Below, piece after piece: positions 29,303-40,730 of a stretch of DNA of 64,000 nt. The notes under the pieces were generated by a model. It was given only the letters and a program-made list of their open reading frames with translations, was not told the DNA's origin and ran no database searches. The stretch is taken from the NCBI GenBank assembly GCA_964016885.1, contig OZ024753.1, positions 35,588,001-35,652,000 of the forward strand, in the 5' to 3' direction. The DNA is from Eledone cirrhosa (lineage: Eukaryota). The translations under genes and the position numbers were made by a program. Each line of letters opens with the position of its first letter. Within the stretch, counting starts at the first letter, position 1.

Positions 29303-30602
29303 TCATCATCATCATCGTTTAATATATATATATATGTACCCCAGCATGGCCTCAGCCGGATGGCTGGAACAGATAAAAGAGTAATATAATCATAACACAA
29401 GTAATACTTCTTTACAGAGTATACTGGGAGCATTTTATTGTGATATTAACGTTACTGATTGCTTTACAGAGTGTACTGGGGGTATTTTATTATAGCAGGA
29501 ACAATAGTCGAGTTTTTTTGTATGTCCTCAGTAGAACCAAATTAATATTTATTTGTATTTTTTTGTTTATCTTTTATTTTTTTATATTCATCTCCATATT
29601 TCGCTTTTTATTTTTTTTTATCTCACAATCCAGATTTGGGATTTCAAGACTGGAAGTCCGTTGGTTATGGCTGATCAAGAATATTGTTCTGCATTGCAAG
29701 TATTGTCCGATGGTGACAAAGTAGCACTGGGAAGAACAGATAAATATGGTAACAGCACCAGCATCATTGTGTGGGATCTGTTGGGAAACCAACCCATCAA
29801 GGAGATGCGCTATGAAGCCAGCGTGGGTAACAGTGATTACATCAGCTTCCTGTGCTTATCACAAAACAACAGATACGCAGTCGCTGGTTTTCACAACACA
29901 TTTGACAACAGCGCTGAATTTGTGGTCTTTGATATGACACTAACCAGCTATAATGTTGTTGAACCAAGTATCTTGAAAATGGATGCCAATCCTGAATGCA
30001 CAGCAGTCTTGCCACATGATGAAGCTGTTACTGGCTTAAGGAATGGGGACCTTGTCATTTGGAACCTTCGTAATGGTCAGCCGAGTCGGCAGCTGGTCTC
30101 CTCTTCTGGAATGCATGCACACACATCGGAGGTGTCTGCTGTAGCTTTGTCGGAGGATTCCAGTGTTTTGGTGTCAGCTTCAGCTGATGGAACTGTCAAA
30201 GTTTGGGATATGAGGAATGAGGTTTTGGGAAGTACCTTAATTGGTCATACACGAGAGGTAGGTTTTGCTTTTTCAAAATAATTTTGTATATGTATATGTA
30301 TTGTCATGTATATCTGTTGTTGTTGTTTTTTTTAAAATAATTGTTTATTGTCATATCATTGTGAAAGCGCATGGCTTAGTGGTTAGAACATTGGGCTTGC
30401 AATTGAAAGGTTGTGAGTTCAATTCTCGGACCAGGTGATGTGTTGTTTCCTTGAGCAAGACACTTTATTTCATGTTGCTCCAGTTTACTCAGGTGTAGAA
30501 ATGAGATGATAGGACTGGGATCCCTATCATTAAATCACCCAAGACACCTCCAACCAGATATACCTTGGAGGAGGCCTGTTAAACCTGCATAGGTGTGAGC
30601 TG

Positions 30603-30678
<76 letters not shown>

Positions 30679-32129
30679 TGCCATCCTGAGCAAATCAGTT
30701 CATGAAAAATTTTTCCAAGCATAAAACATCTCAGGTTATGAACAGTGTCTCGAGTAATGAACAAGCAATCCAGCATCAACAGTTGGCAATAAGCTGAGAG
30801 TAAGGCTGTAAAGCATCACTTGATGTGTAGTTAGTTACTATGATGATATCTATCAGTCTTTCACACACAGTCTCTGTCTCTCTCTCTCTCTCTCTCACTC
30901 TCTCAACATTTCGTATGGGAAAAATAGTTTCAGTTTACGAACATTTCGGGTGACAAATAGCCTTCAGGAATGAATTAAGATCATGAACAGAGGTGTAAAA
31001 GGAAGGTAGGGGATGGTGAAAAAACTATGGCAAAACAGCGGCTGGCATTCCTTTTGCTACGCTGTGTGTAAGTGAATGTGTATGTGTGTTTGTGTAAATA
31101 TTTGCATGTATGTGTTTGTGTGAATGTGTATTTTTGTAAGTGTGTCTGTGTTTGCACATGTATATTTATATACACATACGCTTCAGGCATATATATATGT
31201 GTATATTTATATGCACATGCGAGGCCATAGTATCTAGAATAAGGACGGGCTGGAAGAAGTTTAGGGAGCTGCTTCCTCTGTTAACAAAGAAGGGTTTCTC
31301 CCTGCGTATGAAAGGTCGGTTATATGATGCCTGTGTGAGATGCGCGATGCTGCATGGTAGTGAGACATGGGCAGCAACTGTAGAGGATATGCGACGGCTG
31401 GAGGGAAATGAAGCAAGCATGCTCCGTTGGATGTGCAATGTCAATGTGCGTGAATGACCAAGCATGGATGAGTTGAGAGAGAAATTGTGTATAAGAGGGA
31501 TAAGTTGTAGTGTATGGGAGAGAAGACTGCAATGGTATAGACATGTGATGCACATGGAGGATGACTGCTGGGTAAAAGAAGTGCCAAGAAATGCCAGTAG
31601 AAGGAAGACGCAGTAGAGGAAGACCACAAAAAACATGGCGGAGGTGGTGAGAGCAGACCTCAGATTACTGAAGCTCATGGAGGAGATGACGAAGGACTGT
31701 GACAAGTGGAGAGATACTGTGCTGAATAGGACCCATCCCACCCTTGCAAATAGGGAAAAGCGGACATAAAATGATGATGATAAAAATGATTCAATGTGCT
31801 GAAAAAATCTTAGTTAATAAAAAAAAAAATTTTTTTTCTAACTCTCCATTTTTCTCTCTCTTTTGTCTTTATAGGTTTCCTGTGTTACTGTTTCTTCCGA
31901 CAACGAGATTGTTGTGTCTGGTTCTCAAGACGGTACAATACGTCTTTGGCGTACACAGACAGGCTCACAGATCTGTGCATTCAACACGAACATGGACGTG
32001 TTCTCTGTGACAATGAGCAAAGACAACAGCACAATAGTGGCATTGGGTGATAAATATGGTGCTAGGAAATTAATTATGTTGCAAGTGGTGCGTTCCAAAG
32101 TGCGTAAACACGTGTTGGCCTCAAAATAA
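1846..32129 (+). CDS. Spliced gene (5'-incomplete, 18 exons in window): alpha-neurexin-like LamG/EGF single-pass membrane protein with cytoplasmic low-complexity region and C-terminal WD40 repeats
   Basis: 18 exons bounded by AG/GT with compatible phases sum to 6065 nt (2 nt + 2021 codons including TAA). LamG motifs (PITF.TP.SF, W/MH.V...R, LYLGG, GF.GC), two EGF domains, a hydrophobic TM and WD40 motifs ([23 protein letters not shown]). Confidence 0.9.
2971..3158 (+). CDS. Exon: start of LNS2-like LamG domain
   Basis: ttcag| acceptor, AAA|gtgagt donor; [12 protein letters not shown]...FKLKFT...EGLLWY. Confidence 0.85.
3404..3535 (+). CDS. Exon: LNS2-like, DGDLFLNII...[17 protein letters not shown]
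   Basis: ttgtag| acceptor, GAG|gtgagt donor; phase 0-0; not in the ORF track; LamG NDG.WH.V...R motif. Confidence 0.88.
3650..3830 (-). mobile_element. 3' fragment of a CRE-clade (RLE) non-LTR retrotransposon
   Basis: [12 protein letters not shown]...EWLFWRISL...DAFSIL, homologous to the end of the 43.7-45.4 kb element; abuts (TA)n. Confidence 0.7.
3978..5552. repeat. 34-bp minisatellite (~46 copies), intronic
   Basis: Unit gtttttatcatacaacttggggctgtttcaag(c/t)a. Confidence 0.97.
5592..5753 (+). CDS. Exon: LNS2-like, IYWSVDD...YVFIGG...NFKG
   Basis: ttgcag| acceptor, AAT|gtaagc donor; phase 0-0. Confidence 0.88.
5870..6580. repeat. Degenerate short tandem repeats (cacatctctacagacttc..., then ACC/ACT triplets)
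   Basis: Directly visible periodicity. Confidence 0.8.
6643..7230 (+). CDS. Exon: end of LNS2, Pro/Thr linker, LNS3-like domain
   Basis: tacag| acceptor, CAG|gtgagt donor; [12 protein letters not shown]...[16 protein letters not shown]...GFQGCL. Confidence 0.92.
7526..7721 (+). CDS. Exon: end of LNS3 plus EGF-like domain
   Basis: tttag| acceptor, G|gtaatt donor; [32 protein letters not shown]. Confidence 0.92.
7745..9758. repeat. 40/37-bp minisatellite (~50 copies), intronic
   Basis: Unit acataccattgacttgaac(aac)atatcaataactagcact. Confidence 0.97.
9870..10152 (-). mobile_element. tRNA-derived SINE (related copies at ~36410-36970 with triplicated tail, ~45780-45920 and ~47130-47345)
   Basis: tRNA-like head, cttgagcaa..cactt core, ctgcgatggactggcgtcctgtccagggg segment; several copies. 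Confidence 0.65.
10537..10754 (+). CDS. Exon: start of LNS4-like domain
   Basis: ttacag| acceptor, AAG|gtaaga donor; VFDGS...DDFSLRFNT. Confidence 0.88.
10942..11277 (+). mobile_element. 5'-truncated RTE-type LINE nested in a SINE (10795-11355)
   Basis: [12 protein letters not shown]...GRPRKTW; (GAT)n tail; same family as 55120-56605. Confidence 0.85.
11367..11567 (+). mobile_element. tRNA-derived SINE with gcctttcatcc...gtcgataaaataaagtacca central domain (Meta-domain-like); other copies at ~2750, 10795, 22197, 34815, 37540(-), 37742, 42800(-), 53460, 60308
   Basis: A-box-like tggcagtatcggta, B-box-like gagttcaaatcc; many dispersed copies. Confidence 0.75.
11576..11914. mobile_element. hAT (Charlie-like) MITE
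   Basis: TIR cagggattctcaacc...ggttgataacccctg; perfect 8-bp TSD acataaac on both sides. Confidence 0.88.
12092..12200 (+). CDS. Exon: LNS4-like, [32 protein letters not shown]
   Basis: ttctag| acceptor, G|gtaaat donor; not in the ORF track; phase 0-1. Confidence 0.88.
12316..12642 (+). mobile_element. Tc1/mariner-superfamily (Tigger-like) MITE; antisense partial copy at ~30685-30990
   Basis: TA|cagtggaa...ttccattg|TA termini; second copy elsewhere in window. Confidence 0.65.
13266..14000 (+). CDS. Exon: end of LNS4 and complete LNS5-like domain
   Basis: ttcag| acceptor, G|gtatgt donor; [31 protein letters not shown]. Confidence 0.92.
14107..14345 (+). mobile_element. Fold-back mini-element in (TA)n (Penelope-like end)
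   Basis: 74-bp arms with a 4-nt loop, then a tail containing tactc...ttgagtgct. Confidence 0.6.
15337..15456 (+). CDS. Exon: EGF-like domain ([33 protein letters not shown])
   Basis: ttaaag| acceptor, C|gtaagt donor; 120 nt, phase 1-1; six-Cys EGF spacing. Confidence 0.9.
15701..15794. mobile_element. Short Tc1-like MITE
   Basis: TA|cagggagacccaaaa...tttggggacaccctg|TA. Confidence 0.6.
16114..16940 (+). mobile_element. 3' end of a second RTE-type LINE family with long 3' UTR
   Basis: [12 protein letters not shown]...GRPRKTW, internal repeats and (GAT)n tail; UTR copy at 23862-24375(-), related copy at 40130-40630(-). Confidence 0.8.
17122..17565 (+). mobile_element. Fold-back element with degenerate hammerhead (Penelope-like); non-palindromic antisense relative at ~34300-34525
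   Basis: ~170-bp arms; CTGATGAT-stem-GAAA in right arm; tail tactc...tcgagtgct; flanked by (TA)n. Confidence 0.7.
17699..18050 (+). mobile_element. tRNA-derived SINE with RTE 3' tail
   Basis: tggcttagtgg A-box, gagttcaattc B-box; 3' end matches the RTE LINE end. Confidence 0.82.
19923..20107 (+). CDS. Exon: start of LNS6-like domain
   Basis: tacag| acceptor, ATG|gtttgt donor; GIIVYTYP...EELAFGFMT. Confidence 0.88.
20210..20590 (+). repeat. 45-bp tandem repeat (5 copies) within an RTE-3'UTR-derived repeat
   Basis: aaaagcacccagtccacactgtaaagtggtcatgtaggtgtcacgac units. Confidence 0.8.
20853..21021 (+). CDS. Exon: LNS6-like, [22 protein letters not shown]
   Basis: tccag| acceptor, G|gtcaga donor; phase 0-1. 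Confidence 0.88.
22430..23863 (-). mobile_element. Two tandem 3' fragments of R4/Dong-clade non-LTR retrotransposons (CCHC knuckle + restriction-like endonuclease)
   Basis: AQDQ..CRVC...[29 protein letters not shown]; each fragment ends at a (TAA)n-type tract. Confidence 0.87.
23862..24375 (-). mobile_element. RTE 3'UTR copy, near-identical inverted partner of 16430-16935
   Basis: Reverse-complement match; the spurious ORF translations are nearly identical. Confidence 0.85.
24397..24504 (+). CDS. Exon: LNS6-like, ITVG...EPFYGIIG
   Basis: ttccag| acceptor, G|gtgagt donor; not in the ORF track; phase 1-1. Confidence 0.85.
24659..24755 (+). CDS. Exon: end of LNS6-like domain
   Basis: gtcag| acceptor, GG|gtaagt donor; phase 1-2 exactly bridges the flanking exons. 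Confidence 0.8.
25745..27179 (+). CDS. Exon: Pro/Thr + poly-Gly stalk, TM helix, Gly/Ser-rich cytoplasmic region, first WD40 blade
   Basis: ttgcag| acceptor, CAG|gtaaat donor; one open frame; [26 protein letters not shown] (~26085-26162); ends [20 protein letters not shown]. Confidence 0.9.
27303..27488. repeat. 15-bp tandem repeat (~12 copies) abutting a splice acceptor
   Basis: aatttt(g/t)attgtcta units. Confidence 0.95.
27491..27649 (+). CDS. Exon: WD40 repeat
   Basis: ttcag| acceptor, CAG|gtcagt donor; TGELIRSM...NGQLLVGS. Confidence 0.87.
27691..28037 (+). mobile_element. tRNA-derived SINE with RTE tail (near-identical copy at 28650-28984; partial at 30362-30530)
   Basis: Same sequence as the 17699 copy. 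Confidence 0.85.
29634..30257 (+). CDS. Exon: WD40 repeats
   Basis: tccag| acceptor, GAG|gtaggt donor; IWD, VWD, AH...[14 protein letters not shown]. Confidence 0.92.
31218..31782 (+). mobile_element. 5'-truncated, decayed RTE LINE
   Basis: [16 protein letters not shown]...LHGSETW; same family as 55120-56605. Confidence 0.88.
31875..32129 (+). CDS. Terminal coding exon: WD40 repeats and stop
   Basis: tatag| acceptor; [25 protein letters not shown]...KHVLASK-TAA. Confidence 0.9.
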   Translation, partial: VSCVTVSSDNEIVVSGSQDGTIRLWRTQTGSQICAFNTNMDVFSVTMSKDNSTIVALGDKYGARKLIMLQVVRSKVRKHVLASK

Positions 32130-32335
32130 TTTTTAAAAAAATAGGTCATTTACTGCTTTCTAAATAAAAACAAAAAAATAAACATGTGGGAAGGGGCAGG
32201 AGCAATAAGTGTTATTTATTAATATCATTATTATTAATATAAATATTATTATTATTATTATTTCTTTTTCAAGTTTGTTATTATTTTACTTTTTATTGTA
32301 ATATCAAGCCAGAGATTCACGATGATAAAGAAATG

Positions 32336-32398
<63 letters not shown>

Positions 32399-32738
32399 GT
32401 GTAATTTACGTATATATTTATAAATAATATAAATTAAATGAAATAAAATATAAAATAATTGATCTCTATAGAATTCTGCTGCTCTTGGCTTCGCTACTGC
32501 TGCAACTGCCATTGTCACTAGTGTGTGGGAATGTCTGTGTGTGTGTGGGGGGGGGGGGGGGTCTGTGTGTGTGAGAGAGTGTCTCTGTGGGTGTGAGAAT
32601 GTCTGGGTGGGTGGGTGTGTACTTCATGCACATTCACGATAATTATATGAAAAGTGATTATCAAGAAAATTGCATATATATTGTGCTTGTGTGTATATGT
32701 AGATATATATGTGTGTGTGTGTCTATAAATATATGCAC

Positions 32739-32776
<38 letters not shown>

Positions 32777-33048
32777 AAATACAGAGTGTAAAACTGAGAT
32801 TGCACCATATATATATTTATATATATAAATGAAAGTTTGAGTTAAAAACTCATACTGAAACCTTGTAATTCACAAGCTCAAAGTATAAATACTGAACATT
32901 ATAATAATATATGTAGTAATAAACACAGTAAATTGTGTGTCTAATATTACGAGGGTTGAAGAACCACTTTTGACTTACGGCACACGAGGTGATGAATACA
33001 TTTTTCTGTGTGAACGTTAGTACTAGGTGTTGTCGCATTTAATCAGAT

Positions 33049-33130
33049 TCTCTCGCTGATGATGCCCGTGGATTATCTGTTATAAACACACTCAGGGCGA
33101 AACAGATTAATCCCTAATCTGTCCGAGAGA
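33049..33130 (+). ncRNA. Type I hammerhead ribozyme (probably from a Penelope-like element end)
   Basis: Stem I tctctcg/cgagaga; core CTGATGA(T); stem II gccc/gggc; GAAAC; stem III acagatta/taatctgt; GTC cleavage triplet at 33121-33123. Confidence 0.85.
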
Positions 33131-34255
33131 TATAATTGTTATTGAGGCGGTTTGTATAATATAATTTTATTTTATCTTATCTTTCTGTCTGCTTCATGGT
33201 TAAATATTTCAAACAAATGTGGTTCTTCACCCCTCGTAATATTAGACACACGATTTACTGTGTTTCTTACTACATATATTATATATATATATATATATAT
33301 TAAAATGTTTACTAACTCTGTCGAACATGAAACAGATCAAATTCAGGCTATGCTTGATTCTATTGGGAAGAAATCCCATCTATACGATAGGTATATACAT
33401 AATTTTTATATTTTAATGTAGGTTCATTTTTAACGCCTTTTTTGCTTTGTGCTTTTCAGCCTCCTCTTCTCACAAAGGGCTCAGATATAAATGTACATAT
33501 AATGTGCATGTGTGCATATATTTGTGTTTGTCAACATACATATATATTCTATAATATAGCTAAGTGATGAATCTTGTAACTCTGGAGTTTCACCTTTGAG
33601 TACAAACAGGTGAAACTCAACACAAAGCCATAACATAGAAACTCAGCAACCACTTACATGTTAATTGAATGAGATGGGAGTCCAGTTGACTGAACAACTA
33701 AAACACTTTGTATCAAAACCATCACTGGTCCATTTACTTTTTAAAAAATATTAGAAATAATGATTTCTTTTGTGAAGGCATAAAGCAGTTTTCTAAGAGT
33801 TGAGGGTGAGGACGTTGTGTTATTATTGGAATTACTTCCAGTTTATTTATTGTCTAACTCTGCAAGAATGAAAGGCAAAATTGACTTTGGCAAGATTTGA
33901 ACTAAGATTGCAGCAAGTCAGATTAAATACTGCTAAGTATTCTATCTGGAACTTCTCTGTGTTCCTCTGTTCTTAAAAATGATACATCATTATTATTTTA
34001 AAGGTGTATATGAAAGCATATACAATATATTTATGTATAATAAACACACAAGAGTCTTGCTATGAATTTTTTAAAGTTGTGATCATGTCTCAGCTATCTC
34101 AGTGAAAGTGAGAATACCAGATAGCTATTTCTAGACTATTATCTGTCATCAGTTGCATTTACTCAATCGCTGCTGAGACAAAATAGGCCAACGGTTATAT
34201 GGTTTTTGTATACTGAGATTGATTTAATTGACTGTTCCTCCCGTACCATACACAC

Positions 34256-34293
<38 letters not shown>

Positions 34294-35694
34294 GAGGTTA
34301 TATTTAATTTGTTGGGATTCAACAGGCTTAAAAATGTTATAACTGATATAAAGCACGCAACAGATTAGTGAAGTAAATATTCAATATATTAATAAATGGA
34401 AACTATATTTATAAAACCATAATTATTTTATTATATATATTTCAAGGGCAACCAAGGCAAATTATGGTGCACTTTCATCAGATAAAATACAGATTTGTTT
34501 TATAAATAAATATTGACATACGCGGAAAAAAATATATATATATATATATATATATTGGAGGTGAAATAGAAGATAAAAAAACTGACAAAACTATTTTTGT
34601 GATATTTCTTACTAAAGAAATATCAGTATCTGTTTAAACTAGTATATTTCTACCAATAGCAATGTGAAGTTTTCTTCAACTATCTTTAACTATTTTGATA
34701 TTATACGTAGGAATACCCTTGCTTCTACATTACATAAGCTTTTCACAGAAAATTATAATGGAAAGTTTTATAATGGACATTTTTAAACAGATGGTATTGT
34801 ATCATAAAGAGGTGGCAAATGTCGGATAGAATGCGTTGCGGAATACGTTCCAGCTCTCTGCTCTCTCTCTGAGTTCAAAACCAACCGAGGTCAACTTTGC
34901 CTTTCATCCATTCAAGGTCGATAAAAAAAGTACCAGTCAAGTACTGGAGTCAATTCTTCCTCTATATCTCTTTCACACTTCCATTCTCTCAGTCTCTCTA
35001 TACTTCTCAGGAAGAAATCTGCTGTGTTCAGAGCTGGAGAGGAGATGAGCGCGCCATGTTTTAAAATGCCTTAGAGATGCCGTAACCAGCTACTCATAGT
35101 GATGTTAAGGTATTGTTCTCAGAATAAATATCAAAATCTGAAAATATAATAGTATATATAGAGTAATGTAAACGCTAAAGGGTTAAATAATCTTCCTGTT
35201 CCCCAAATTATGTGTTAATTTATCAATGATTTGCAGAATAGTTAAGGCAAGAGCATCAGTACTAGATCCTCAGAGTGACTTATTTTTCCAAGTGTGTGTT
35301 TGTATTTTAATAATATTTATTGTACATGCATTTTTGTAAACTAATTTCTTTATATGTATATAAGATATACAGTGTAATTACATCATATAGACAGTACAAT
35401 TTCACATCTTAAAGTAAGGTCACATGCATTATATATGTGTATGTATATATATATAATATATATATATATACTTATGTAGATATGTATGTATATATATATA
35501 TATAATATATTTATTAAAATAACAGATTAAAGTTTAAGCAAATATATATATAATATATAACTATATATATATATATAGTTATGTATATGTATATATGTAG
35601 ATATGTATGTATGTATATATATATGTGTGTAGATATGTATGTATGTATATATGTATATATGTAGATATGTATATATATATATATATGTGTGTAG

Positions 35695-35754
<60 letters not shown>

Positions 35755-37864
35755 AGATATGTAGTTATGTATGTATGTATGTATATATATATGTGTAGAT
35801 ATGTATATATATATATATATTTATGTATATATATATATATATAATATATATATATATGTATGTATATATATAATGTATATACTTATGTATATATATATAA
35901 TATATATACACGTGTATATATGTATATATATAATATATATACACATGTGTATCATCATCATGAATGAAATGAAAATGATGATGATGTGTATATATATATG
36001 TATATACACATGTGTATATATATATATGTATATATATAATATATATACACGTGTGTATATATATGTATATATATAATATATATACACATGTATATATATA
36101 TAATATATATATATCATAGTATATGTATGCAAAAGGAACAAGATTATGGTATTTATGCTGTTGTGAGTTCATGTATCACAGTTTAATCTTCTTAACCTTC
36201 AAAACTTTAAAATGATTCTCCTTATCTTTCTTTCGATCAAATACTGTTTTATAATTATTTGATATTAGACAAAAAATTGTGACGAATCTCGTATCTACAT
36301 AATAAACTATGTAGTTGGCTAAAATTTGAAGAAAAGTTACGCTCCTGGTGAGCTGGGTCTGAAATCTGGCTTTGATTCCTAGCTTTAGCCATTTCATTTT
36401 GATTTACTTTGAAGGTCCATGGCCTAGTGTTTAGGGTGTTTGAGCTCATGATTGTAAGGTCATGGCTATGATTCCCAGATCAGGTGGCTCATTGTGTCCT
36501 TGAGCAAGGCACTTCATTTCGATCAGCTGGGAGAAATGAGTCCAGTATCATAGCTGGTGGTGAAGTTAACCTTGTAAAGGACTAGTGTCCTGTCCAGGAG
36601 GAGTGTTTTGTACTCTTAATTGGTTACTGCCAATGAAACCAAGATAAGTTCCAGCCTTATGAACCTCTAGGCTCAAGATAGACTTTGGGTACCAGCAATG
36701 AAGGACCTTGAATAAACTTGCAAAGGACTGGTGTCCTGTCCAGGAGGAGTGTTTTTGTTTTATTTACTCTTAGTTCGTTACTCGCCAATGAAAGCAGGAT
36801 AAGCTTTGGCCAGATGAGCTTTTAATCCTGAGTCAGATTTGATGTGCCAGCAGTGAAACTGGTCAAGGAATTAACCATGTAATGGACTGGTGTGTCTTGT
36901 ACTCTATCACTGCCTGATGAACCCAGGATAAGTTCTGGCCTGATGAGCCTCAAGGCTTGAAACAGACTAATTTTTTTTTTTTTATTATTTTCAATGCTTC
37001 AATGACAAACATAAATATCACATGCAATCCCATTTCTCCCCCACACCTCCACATCCCTTATGAATATGAGGCTTTCATGCCTGTGCAAGAAGAAATCAAT
37101 GAACAACCAACCATAGTTGCTGATACTATTTTCCTCTTAATCATATTCTAGCATTATTTAAAACTGGGGGTGTGAAAAACACCTCCCAGCGACAGTTGTT
37201 GTTATTGTTATCACAATGTAATTTATAAATCTCTGCCTTTTTTGCATAATGAAACAATTTGATACTTGAATGAAATATATTAGCAAAAAAAATAATTTAA
37301 AAAAATATCTTTTTAAATGCATGTTGTTTCTTTAATAAAATATTTATAAAACATTTTTGAAATTATTATTTTTTTTAATCTTTGATTTCTTCAGTTTCAT
37401 GTTATTTAATAACATGAAACTGAAATTATCAATAAAAAGCTGATACTGGAGCCCTCATCATCACTTTACTTCTGCTTTCCCCTTCTAGCAAGAGTTGCAT
37501 AATTTTGTGTCTTAACCCTTTAGCATTTACATTATATAAGTGTTTCTACTTTTGGCACAAGGCCAGCAATTACCCAGTACATTACTGGTACTTTATTTTA
37601 TCGACCCTATAAGGATGAAAGGCAAAATTAACCTCGGCGGGATTTGAACTCAGACCGTAAAGGGGCTTAACTATGCTGGAAAGCATGGCGCCGACTCTCT
37701 ACCGAAACTGCCAATCCACCGCCGTTTACATTATATAATAACGGTGGAGTTACGGCCCTTGCCATTCTGAGTTCAAATCCTGCCGAGGTTAACTTTGCCT
37801 TTCATCCTTACGGGGTGGATAAAAAATATAGTACCAGTAATGTACTGCGTAATTGCTGGCCTTG

Positions 37865-38038
37865 TGTATATATATGTGTACACATATATATATATGTGTG
37901 TACATAAATATATATATATGTGTACATATATATATATGTGTATATATATATATATATATATGTGTATATATATATATATGTGTGTGTGTATATATATATG
38001 TGTGTATATATATATATGTGTATATATATATATGTGTA

Positions 38039-38077
<39 letters not shown>

Positions 38078-38276
38078 ATATATATATATATATATATGTG
38101 TATATATATATATATATATGTGTATATATATATATATATATGTGTATATATATATATATATATATGTGTATATATATATATATATGTGCGTATATATATA
38201 TATATATATGTGTATATATATATATATATATGTGTATATATATATATATATGTGTGTGTGTGTATATATATATATA

Positions 38277-38317
<41 letters not shown>

Positions 38318-38845
38318 ATATATATGTGTGTATATATATATATGTGTGTATGTATATATATATATGTGTGCATATTTATATATGTGTATATATATATATG
38401 TGTGTGTGTATATATATATATGTGTGTGTATATATATATGTGTGTGTATATATATATGTGTGTATATATATACATATATGTGTATATATATCTGTGTGTG
38501 TGTGTGTATATATATATGTGTACATATGTATATATATATATGTGTATATATGTATATATATATATATGTGTATATATGTATATATATATATATGTGTATA
38601 TATGTATATATATATATATGTGTATATATGTATATATATATATGTGTATATATGTATATATATATATATGTGTGTATATATGTATATATATATGTGTATA
38701 TATGTATATATATATATATGTGTATATATGTATATATATATATGTGTATATATGTATATATATATATATGTGTATATATGTATATATATATATATGTGTA
38801 TATATGTATATATATATATATGTGTATATATGAATATATATATAT
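37865..38845. repeat. (TA)n/(TG)n compound microsatellite
   Basis: Direct inspection; similar tracts at 14750-15210, 35430-36130, 39670-40125 and 40630-41530. Confidence 0.95.
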
Positions 38846-39670
38846 CGGTCCTTCATCATCTCCTCAGTGAGTTTCAGCAGTCTGCTCTTACCACCTCCGT
38901 CCATGTTTTACGTGGTCTACCTCTACTGTATCTTCCTTCTACTGGGACTTCTTTACCCAGCGGTCATCCTCCATGCGCATCTCATGTCCATACCATCTCA
39001 GCCTTCTCCCCTGCACACCACAACTTATCCCTCGTATATCCATCATCGTTCACTCACGTTGATATTGCCAACGGAGCATACTTGCTTCATTTCTCTCCAG
39101 CCGTCGCATATCCTCTGCAGTTGCTGCCCATGTCTCACTGCTATGCAGCATCGCGCATCTCACACAGGCATCATATAGCCCTCCTTTCATATGCAGGGAG
39201 AAACCCTTCTTTGTCAACAAAGGAAGCAGCTCCCTAAACTTCTTCCAACCCGTCCTTATTCTAGATACTATGGCCTCGGAACACCCCTCCCCACCCCTCA
39301 CCCCACCCCTCCCATGCAATCTAATCACCTAGGTACCGGAAGCTATCAACCACTTCTATAGAACCCACCTGCATTGGAAAAATGTGTCTATCACTGTGAT
39401 TACTATTGCGACTTTTCCTGTACATCTACTGCATACGCAGATTACCTGTTAGTTTGCCTGCTGTCCCACTACATCTCTTGTGTACCCAACATCTGCATTG
39501 CGTACATTTTATGGAATTTATCTCAGTTCCTTTCCTACATATCGAACATGGCCATTTCCCCGATGGAATCGGAATATTGTCCTCTCTTCTACTTATCAAC
39601 ACTTTTGTCTTAGCTATGTTCACTCTCAGTCCTTTTGATTCCAACTGCTGTTTCCATAGCCAGAATTTCT
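38846..39670 (-). mobile_element. Decayed RTE LINE fragment
   Basis: GKWPCSICRKG..., [13 protein letters not shown] on the minus strand. Confidence 0.85.
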
Positions 39671-40699
39671 ATATATATATGTGTACATATGTATATATAT
39701 TTATATATGTGTGAGTACATAGCTATGTACATATATATATATATATATATATGTGTGTACATAGCTATGTACATATATATATATATGTGTGTGTGTACAT
39801 AGCTATGTACATTTATATATATATGTGTGTGTACATAGCTATGTACTTATGTATATATATATATATGTGTGTGTGTGTGTATGTACATTGCTATGTACAT
39901 TTATATATATATGTGTGTACATAGCTATGTACTTATGTATATACATATGTACATATATATATATATGTGTGTGTGTATGTACATTGCTATGTACATTTAT
40001 ATATATATGTGTGTACATAGCTATGTACTTATGTATATACATATGTACATAGCTATGTACACATATATATATATATACATATGTACATATATATATGTAC
40101 ATATATATATATATATACATATGTACATCATCATCATCATCACCGTTTTACGTCCGTTCTTCCACGCTAGCATGGGTTAGACGGGTTGTCCTGTTGTGGG
40201 CAGTGTCTGGTCGGCTGACCATGCCTTGCTCGTACAGGAACTGATTTGGCTTGATTTCTACAGCTGCATGCCCTTCCTAACACCAACCTCATTTACAGTG
40301 AGTGCTGGGTGCTTTTTCGTGGCGTCTACACGTTCACTTTACAGTATGGGCTGGGTGCTTTTTTGCCGTGGCACCTCCACGACCACCTTGCGGTGGGGGG
40401 TGTGGGGGCATATTGTCTATATGCTTCAGCTTGTACCCATGGGAGGTCGGGTACTCTGTATTACTGCGCGACGCCAGAAGTCACGGTCATGTGTCATTGC
40501 CTTTGAGAGGTGTAATTGGGTAAGGTCGGCTTTTATCACCTCATCCCAGGTCATCTTGGGTCTCCCCACTCCGCGGTTTCCATCAACTTCTAGTGCTCTG
40601 CACCTTTTTATGCAGCTGTCATCCTTCATCTATATATATATATATATGTACATATATATATATATATATGTACACACATATATATATATATATGTACAC

Positions 40700-40730
<31 letters not shown>

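Noticed and set aside
36940-36970. ctgatgag-stem-gaaac as a hammerhead
   Set aside because: No stem III partner or NUH triplet; it is the tail of a SINE seen elsewhere
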